Assembly: GCA_046714835.1 (NCBI GenBank)
Contig: JBKKAE010000373.1
Location: 1 to 27,642 of the forward strand
Origin: Actinomycetota bacterium
Lineage (GTDB): Bacteria > Actinomycetota > UBA4738 > HRBIN12
Direction: 5' to 3'
Length of the DNA: 27,642 nucleotides
Shown here in pieces: positions 14,290-20,065 of this stretch. Both the position numbers and the translations under genes were made by a program. The first letter of the stretch is position 1. Every line of letters starts with the position of its first letter. The notes below the pieces were generated by a model that ran no database searches, was not told where the DNA came from, and saw only the letters and a list, made by a program, of their open reading frames with translations.

Positions 14290-15741
14290 GTGACCGCGAA
14301 CGCGACCGACGGAGTGCTCGACTCGCGCGCGCGACTCGTCCGAGTGGAGAGCCTCGTGCGCCGGCCGCCGGTGGCGTGTCCGCCGACCACCTCCATCAGG
14401 GACGCGGCCGCCCTGATGACCCGTGAGCGCATCTCCTCCGTCCTGATACTTCATCCCGACGGACCGGGGATCCTCACCGACCGGGACCTGCGGAGCAAGG
14501 TGGTCGCGCTCGGCCGCGATCCCGACACGCCGATCTCCGACGTGATGACGGCGAGAGCCACGACGATCCCGGGATCGGCCATGGTGGGGGAAGCGATCCT
14601 CGCCATGCTCGAAGGGGGGTTCCACCACGTCCCGGTGACCGACGGGGTGGGCGACGTGATCGGTGTCGTGACCGACACCGACCTCATCGGGCTCGGCCGA
14701 GGCTCACCCTTCCTGCTGAAGCGGGCCATCGAGGACGCGCCGGACGAGGCGGCTGCGATCGCCGTCGCCTCCGAGCTCCCCCGGGTGGTCCGTTCCATGG
14801 TCCAGGCGGGTGTCGATCCGGTGGACGTCGGATACGCCGTCGCGCTGATGACGGACTCCCTCACCGTGCGGTTCGTCCACCTCGCGACGGAGGAGCTGGG
14901 GAGCGCGCCGGTCTCCTGGGCGTGGCTGGCGCTCGGCAGCGAAGCCCGCCGCGAGCAAGGGCTGCACTCCGACCAGGATCATGCGATCGCGTACGACTCG
15001 CGCGGCGAGGGACGTGATCTCGACCCGTACTTCGCGTCGCTCGCTACGAGGGTGACGGCCAACCTCGAGGCCGCCGGGATCCCCCGATGCCCTGGGAACG
15101 TGATGGCCACCGAGCCCGCGCTCCGACGCTCCTTGGATGAGTGGGTCCAGACCTTCCGAGGGTGGTTGCGCGATCTGGGCGAGGGAGCGACCACCCAGGC
15201 CTCGATCGCGTTCGACTACCGCCGCGTCGCCGGCACGCTCGACGCGGAGGCCCGACTCGACGACGTGCTCCGCGACACGGCGCGCCATCCAGGGTTCGCG
15301 GCATCCCTCGCGCACCGTGCGCTCGATCCGAAGCCACCGCTGGGCGTATTCGGCCGCCTGGTCGCCGAGCGGCGCGGTCCGTACAAAGGAACGCTCGACA
15401 TCAAGCACCAGGGTCTGCTGATCGTCACCACGCTGGCACGTGCGCTGTCCGTCGGTCGCGGGATCGTCGAACGGTCGACGGTTGCCCGCCTCCGGACGCT
15501 TCCTCGTGACGGTGGCTTCGACGGCGCGCTGGTGGCCGACATCGAGGAGGCCTTCCGATTCCTCTGGGGGGTCCGTCTCCGGCACCAGGCGAACGAAGCC
15601 CTCCGCGGGGGCGACCCCGACGATCACGTCGACCCCGGGAGCCTGGGGCCGGTGACGCGGGCGGGGCTCCGCGAAGCGTTCCGCGTGATCGAGCGCGCCC
15701 AACGCGCCCTTGCGCTGGAGCTGGGTCTGCACACGTACTGA
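14290..15741 (+). CDS. CBS-pair plus DUF294/DUF294_C putative nucleotidyltransferase
   Basis: Two CBS repeats (GILTDRDLRSKVV, GVVTDTDL), NTase motif LGSEARREQGLHSDQDHA, and CPGNVMATEP..W, IAFDYR and LDIKHQGL. The start is uncertain. Confidence 0.88.
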   Translation: MTANATDGVLDSRARLVRVESLVRRPPVACPPTTSIRDAAALMTRERISSVLILHPDGPGILTDRDLRSKVVALGRDPDTPISDVMTARATTIPGSAMVGEAILAMLEGGFHHVPVTDGVGDVIGVVTDTDLIGLGRGSPFLLKRAIEDAPDEAAAIAVASELPRVVRSMVQAGVDPVDVGYAVALMTDSLTVRFVHLATEELGSAPVSWAWLALGSEARREQGLHSDQDHAIAYDSRGEGRDLDPYFASLATRVTANLEAAGIPRCPGNVMATEPALRRSLDEWVQTFRGWLRDLGEGATTQASIAFDYRRVAGTLDAEARLDDVLRDTARHPGFAASLAHRALDPKPPLGVFGRLVAERRGPYKGTLDIKHQGLLIVTTLARALSVGRGIVERSTVARLRTLPRDGGFDGALVADIEEAFRFLWGVRLRHQANEALRGGDPDDHVDPGSLGPVTRAGLREAFRVIERAQRALALELGLHTY

Positions 15742-15788
15742 GCGGAAGAAGCAGGTGGCCCCGGCGAATGACCCGCGCAGCCGCTCGC

Positions 15789-18521
15789 TCAGCGGGTCGC
15801 GAGCGCTTCCCGAAGCACCATCGGCAAGATGCCGCCGTGGCCGAAGATCGCGACCTCCGCCGCCTGATCGATCCGGACCGTCACCGGGAACGTGTCCGAC
15901 GAGCCGTCTTCCTTGGTGACCTGGACGGTGGCGTCGTGTCCGGGCACGATCCCGATCTCCAATCCGAGGACCGAGAATGTCTCCCGGCCCGTCAGGCCGT
16001 GACTCTCCGCCGACTCCCCGGCCTTGTACTGCAGGGGAAGGATGCCCATCCCCACGAGGTTCTGACGGTGTATCCGTTCGAACGACTCCGCGAGCACGAA
16101 CCTCACCCCGAGGAGCGCCGGGCCCTTGGCCGCCCAGTCCCGCGACGAACCGCTCCCGTACTCCTTCCCCGCCAGGACGCCGAGCGGCGTCTCCTCGTCG
16201 CGGTACCGCATCGCGGCTTCGAAGACGCTGGTCACCTCACCGCTCGGGAGGTGCGTCGTCCACCATCCCTCCGTCCCCGGTGCGAGCTCGTTCCTGAGCC
16301 GGACGTTCGCGAAGGTGCCTCGCATCATCACCTCGTGGTTCCCGCGCCTGGCACCGTAGGAGTTGAAGTCCCGCTGCTGGACGCCGTGCTCGATCAGGTA
16401 TCGACCCGCGGGAGAGTCGGGGCGGATCGCGCCCGCGGGTGAGATGTGGTCGGTCGTGATGGAGTCGCCCACCTTCGCCAGGATCTTCGCGCCGTCGACA
16501 CGTGTGCCTTCCGCTTCGGCGTCGCCGACCGGGCCGCCGTTCTGACCGGTGAAGAAGGGCGGTTCGCGGACATACGTCGAGTCCGGATCCCACTCGTACG
16601 CCGGCCCGGTCGGCGTCGGGAGCGCTCGCCAGCGGTCGTCACCCTCCCAGATCCGGCCGTACTGCTGGACGAACTGATCCTCGGTCACCGCGGTCGCGAT
16701 CACCTCGGCGACATCCTGTGGGCTCGGCCAGAGATCGCGCAGGAAGACGGGGCCGTCCGTGCCCTCGCCGAGGGGCTCGGTCGTGAGATCGAGGTTGATC
16801 CTTCCGGCGAGGGCGTACGCAACGACGAGGGGTGGCGACGCCAGGTAGCTCGCCCGAACCTGCGGGTGGATGCGCCCTTCGAAGTTCCGATTGCCGGACA
16901 GGACGGCCACGACGTTCAGCTTCCCGTCGTCGATGAGCTTCGCCACCTCGTCCGGGAGCGGGCCGGAGTTCCCGATGCACGTCGTGCATCCGAACCCCAC
17001 GAGGTTGAACCCGAGCTTCTCCAGATGCGGCGTCAGTCCCGCTCGGTCCAGGTAATCGGTCACGACCCTCGACCCGGGCGCGAGCGAGGTCTTGACCCAG
17101 TGCTTGGACTCCAGCCCCGCGTCCACGGCTCGCTTGGCGAGCAACCCGGCACCCACCATCACCGATGGGTTGGAGGTGTTGGTGCACGAGGTGATCGCCG
17201 CGATCACCACGGAGCCGTGGCCCACGTCGCGGCCGTTGGGCTCCACGTCCTCGGTCCATCCCATGTCCGCGACGCTCGTGTCGGGATTGCCCCCTTCGTC
17301 GAGGAATCGTCCGACCTCCGTCGGCTTGGGGTCGGGCTCGAGGTGCCGCTGGAACGCATCGACGAACGAGTCCCACACCTTCGGGAGCGCGACACGGTCC
17401 TGCGGCCGGCGAGGCCCCGCCATCGAGGGTTCGATACGCGTGAGATCCAGGTCCAGCGTCTCGGTGAAGGTCGGGGTCGGATCGGCATCCGTGCGGAACA
17501 GGCCCTGCGCCTTCGTGTACCGCTCGACCCGGTCGATCAGGTCGCCTCGACCCGTGAACCGGAGGTACTCGAGCGTCCGATCGTCGACGGGGAAGAATGC
17601 CGACGTGGCCCCATACTCCGGGCACATGTTCGAGAGGGTCGCCCGGTCCGCGATCGTCAGGGTGGAGAGCCCCGCCCCGTAGAACTCGACGAAACGACCG
17701 ACGACTCCGTGGGCGCGGAGCATCTGGGTCAACGTGAGGACGAGATCCGTCGCGGTCGTGCCCGCCGGCAGTCCGCCGGTCACCTGCACGCCGACGACGT
17801 CCGGCTGGGGAAGGAACGTCGGCTCCCCCAGCATCGCGGCCTCCGCCTCGATCCCGCCGACGCCCCATCCGAGGACCCCGAGGCCGTTGATCATCGTGGT
17901 GTGCGAGTCCGTCCCCATCAACGTGTCGGGGAACGCCACGCCGTCACGCACGCTCACGACCTGCCCGAGATGCTCCAGGTTCACCTGGTGACAGATGCCG
18001 GCGCCGGGAGGGACGACGCGAAGGCCGTCGAACGCCTGCTGGGCCCAACGGAGGAGCGCATACCGCTCGCCGTTCCGCCGGTACTCCCACTCGATGTTGG
18101 CCTCGTACGCGTCCGCTGAGCGGAAGAGATCCACCTGCACCGAGTGATCGATGATCAGGTCAACCGGCACGAGCGGGTTGATCGACGCCGGATCCCCGTC
18201 GGCCCGAGCCACCGCACTCCGCATCGCGGCGAGGTCGACGACGACGGGCACGCCGGTGAAGTCCTGCATCAACACCCGTCCCGGCATGAACGCCACGTCC
18301 GCGGCCGGCTCTGGCCAACGAGCGAGCGAGCGCACGTCGTCGTCGGCCACGTCGCGGGAGCCGGCGCGCCGGAGCAGGTTCTCGAGAAGGATCTTGACCG
18401 TGTGGGGAAGGCGGTTGACGTCGGCGATCCCCGCGTCGGCGAGCCACGGGAGCGAGAAGACGTCCAGTGGGCCGTCCGATGTCTCGAGCTGCGCGCGGGC
18501 ACCGGTGAGTTCCGAAGTCAT
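15789..18521 (-). CDS. acnA: Aconitate hydratase A
   Basis: 910 aa. RVLMQDFTGVP, GICHQVNLE, GTDSHTTMING, Fe-S ligands ITSCTNTSN and GCTTCIGNSG, TTDHISPAG, and GSGSSRDWAAKG. SD GAGGAGGA at 18531-18538. Confidence 0.97.
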   Translation of the reverse strand: MTSELTGARAQLETSDGPLDVFSLPWLADAGIADVNRLPHTVKILLENLLRRAGSRDVADDDVRSLARWPEPAADVAFMPGRVLMQDFTGVPVVVDLAAMRSAVARADGDPASINPLVPVDLIIDHSVQVDLFRSADAYEANIEWEYRRNGERYALLRWAQQAFDGLRVVPPGAGICHQVNLEHLGQVVSVRDGVAFPDTLMGTDSHTTMINGLGVLGWGVGGIEAEAAMLGEPTFLPQPDVVGVQVTGGLPAGTTATDLVLTLTQMLRAHGVVGRFVEFYGAGLSTLTIADRATLSNMCPEYGATSAFFPVDDRTLEYLRFTGRGDLIDRVERYTKAQGLFRTDADPTPTFTETLDLDLTRIEPSMAGPRRPQDRVALPKVWDSFVDAFQRHLEPDPKPTEVGRFLDEGGNPDTSVADMGWTEDVEPNGRDVGHGSVVIAAITSCTNTSNPSVMVGAGLLAKRAVDAGLESKHWVKTSLAPGSRVVTDYLDRAGLTPHLEKLGFNLVGFGCTTCIGNSGPLPDEVAKLIDDGKLNVVAVLSGNRNFEGRIHPQVRASYLASPPLVVAYALAGRINLDLTTEPLGEGTDGPVFLRDLWPSPQDVAEVIATAVTEDQFVQQYGRIWEGDDRWRALPTPTGPAYEWDPDSTYVREPPFFTGQNGGPVGDAEAEGTRVDGAKILAKVGDSITTDHISPAGAIRPDSPAGRYLIEHGVQQRDFNSYGARRGNHEVMMRGTFANVRLRNELAPGTEGWWTTHLPSGEVTSVFEAAMRYRDEETPLGVLAGKEYGSGSSRDWAAKGPALLGVRFVLAESFERIHRQNLVGMGILPLQYKAGESAESHGLTGRETFSVLGLEIGIVPGHDATVQVTKEDGSSDTFPVTVRIDQAAEVAIFGHGGILPMVLREALATR

Positions 18522-18563
18522 CTGAAGCCGTCCTCCTCGTCATCCATACTCCCACGCCCCGAG

Positions 18564-18577
18564 GAGACTCCAGTCTC
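18564..18577. promoter_or_regulatory. Inverted repeat GAGACT-CC-AGTCTC upstream of acnA, possible operator
   Basis: Perfect 6-2-6 palindrome in the 60-bp gap between the thioesterase stop and acnA. Confidence 0.3.
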
Positions 18578-18581
18578 GAGC

Positions 18582-19106
18582 TCAGGAGCCGTCGAACTGC
18601 CGCTCCTCCTCCGCCGCACGGGCCGCATCGATGGCTTCCTTGTGCGCGATCCGGCGCTCGCGTCGGAGCTTCGCCTCCCCCTGTCGCCGCCGCTCCTCCT
18701 CGGTCTCCACGACCAGCGGAGGCACCGGTCGAGGCCTCCCCTCGTCGTCGACGGCAACGAAGACCAGGTAGGCGCTGTTCACGTGACGGATGGCTCCCGT
18801 GATCGGATCCTCCGCCTCCACGCGGACACCGCACTCCATCGAGGTTCTCCCGACGTCGTTCACGCAGGCTCGCAGGACGACGACCTCTCCGATGTGGACG
18901 GGCTCGAGGAAGGTCATCTCGTCGATCCCGACGGTGAGGGCGACGCCGCCCGAATGCTTGATGGCGGCGAGGGCTGCCGCCGTGTCCACGAGACGCATGA
19001 TCACGCCGCCGTGGACGTTGCCGGCGACGTTCGCGTCCGTGACCTCCATCATCTGGGTGAGGGTCACCTTCGAGTCGGAGACGCTGCGCCGGCCGCGTTC
19101 GGACAC
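18582..19106 (-). CDS. Hotdog-fold acyl-CoA thioesterase (YciA-like)
   Basis: DANVAGNVHGGVIMRLVDTAA, VGIDEMTFLEPVHIGEVV, VGRTSMECGVRV and YLVFVAVD. Leaderless GTG at 19106, 7 nt after the -10 TAGGAT. Confidence 0.92.
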   Translation of the reverse strand: MSERGRRSVSDSKVTLTQMMEVTDANVAGNVHGGVIMRLVDTAAALAAIKHSGGVALTVGIDEMTFLEPVHIGEVVVLRACVNDVGRTSMECGVRVEAEDPITGAIRHVNSAYLVFVAVDDEGRPRPVPPLVVETEEERRRQGEAKLRRERRIAHKEAIDAARAAEEERQFDGS

Positions 19107-19113
19107 GCGGGGC

Positions 19114-19157
19114 ATCCTACGCGGGCTCACCGCCCGCGGCCGGAGCACCGATACCAT
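19114..19157. promoter_or_regulatory. Back-to-back leaderless promoters: TAGGAT (-, 19114-19119) and TACCAT (+, 19152-19157)
   Basis: Each TAnnnT hexamer is exactly 7 nt upstream of its start codon (GTG 19106 and ATG 19165). Neither gene has a clear SD. Confidence 0.6.
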
Positions 19158-19164
19158 CACGACC

Positions 19165-19908
19165 ATGCGGAGAACGATGCGAGCCCTGGCCGTCGCGCTC
19201 GCGATCGGCGCGTGCGGCACCCAGCCAACGTCGGCGCCGACACCCACCTCGGCGTCCCCGACCCCGAGCTCGCCGACCTCACCCGAACCCTCCGTGTCCT
19301 CCGAGCCCTCGCCGAGCCCCGAGCCCGCCGACGGGGAGATGCCCAGGGTGTTCACCGACGATCTCGAGCCCGCCGAGCTCCCGCTCGATGCGCTCGTTCC
19401 CGAAGGTGCAGACGCGACAGGTCAGTGGTTCGGGTTCACGGCGAACGGGGTGGTCGTGATGGTCGCCTGGGCGGAGCCGGGATCGGATCCCTTCCTCATG
19501 CCCCGCGGCTTCGCGCTGTGGCGCCGGTACGCCTCCTCGCCACACTGGCGGGTGGGGCTCGTCGAACGACACGAGGCCGACGAGGGGATCCAGGAGATCC
19601 AGATGTCGACGACCGACCTCACCGGTGACGACTCGGACGATGCCCTCATCTTCGAGGGGATCGGCGGCTCCGGGGCCTGTGGCACCTGGCTCGTCCTCGA
19701 TCTCGCTCGCGTGAAAGAGACCTATCGACGCGAGCTCTGCGACGGAAGGATCGACCCCGGGCCGCCTGGATCTCCTGGGCTCGTGATGACGCGATCCGTG
19801 TACCGGGAGGGCGACGCACACTGCTGCCCCAGCGCGATGCGAGAGACCACCCTGTCGTGGACCGGGAGGGCGTGGCGGGTCACGGAGACGAAGACGATCG
19901 AGGGCTGA
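19165..19908 (+). CDS. Lipoprotein with Pro/Ser/Thr linker and LppP/LprE-like C-terminal region
   Basis: Signal peptide MRRTMRALAVALAIGA|C (lipobox), PST-rich linker, and C-terminal VYREGDAHCCPS...LSWTGRAW. Confidence 0.75.
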   Translation: MRRTMRALAVALAIGACGTQPTSAPTPTSASPTPSSPTSPEPSVSSEPSPSPEPADGEMPRVFTDDLEPAELPLDALVPEGADATGQWFGFTANGVVVMVAWAEPGSDPFLMPRGFALWRRYASSPHWRVGLVERHEADEGIQEIQMSTTDLTGDDSDDALIFEGIGGSGACGTWLVLDLARVKETYRRELCDGRIDPGPPGSPGLVMTRSVYREGDAHCCPSAMRETTLSWTGRAWRVTETKTIEG

Positions 19909-20001
19909 GCCCGTGCTACGCCGTGTCGGTCGGGAACATGGGCCAAGGTGCCTAGGCCTTTCGTCCTACCGGATGACCAACAGGAATCCCCCTCTCGGCA
20001 C

Positions 20002-20029
20002 TGAACCTGCTCGCGAAGCGTGCCGATAA
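20002..20029 (+). promoter_or_regulatory. sigma28-family (FliA/WhiG/SigD-type) promoter TGAA-N16-GCCGATAA
   Basis: Exact 8/8 match to the canonical -10 GCCGATAA at 20022-20029, and a 3/4 match to the -35 TAAA. It ends 36 nt before ATG 20066, with a purine-rich SD-like AGGGGG at 20049-20054. Confidence 0.6.
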
Positions 20030-20065
20030 GGAGCCCGGGAGACCCGACAGGGGGCTGGTAGGCAC

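Noticed and set aside
16063-16065. AcnA RIHRQN instead of the usual RIHRSN
   Set aside because: It is a single substitution outside the Fe-S ligands and the GSSR catalytic motif, which are intact. There is no basis for a changed function.
19216-19330. Short recurring CCGAGC / CCGAC motifs
   Set aside because: These simply encode the Pro/Ser/Thr/Glu linker of the lipoprotein, with no constant repeat-spacer period.
2621-19628. Other long ORFs opposite real genes (2621..4450, 5579..6838, 6860..8536, 16446..18119, 18144..19628 and similar)
   Set aside because: They are Arg/Pro/Gly-rich with no motifs, fully overlap well-supported genes, and are explained by stop-codon scarcity at high GC.
19972-20065. 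Resemblance of the pseudokinase leader to known riboswitches (cobalamin GAGCC..GGAGACC, TPP TGAACCTG, c-di-AMP CCCGACAG..GGTAGGC, glycine CCGA..AGGAGC)
   Set aside because: Only short isolated fragments match, and the other conserved elements are missing or out of order. It is kept as an unassigned structure, pending an Rfam search.
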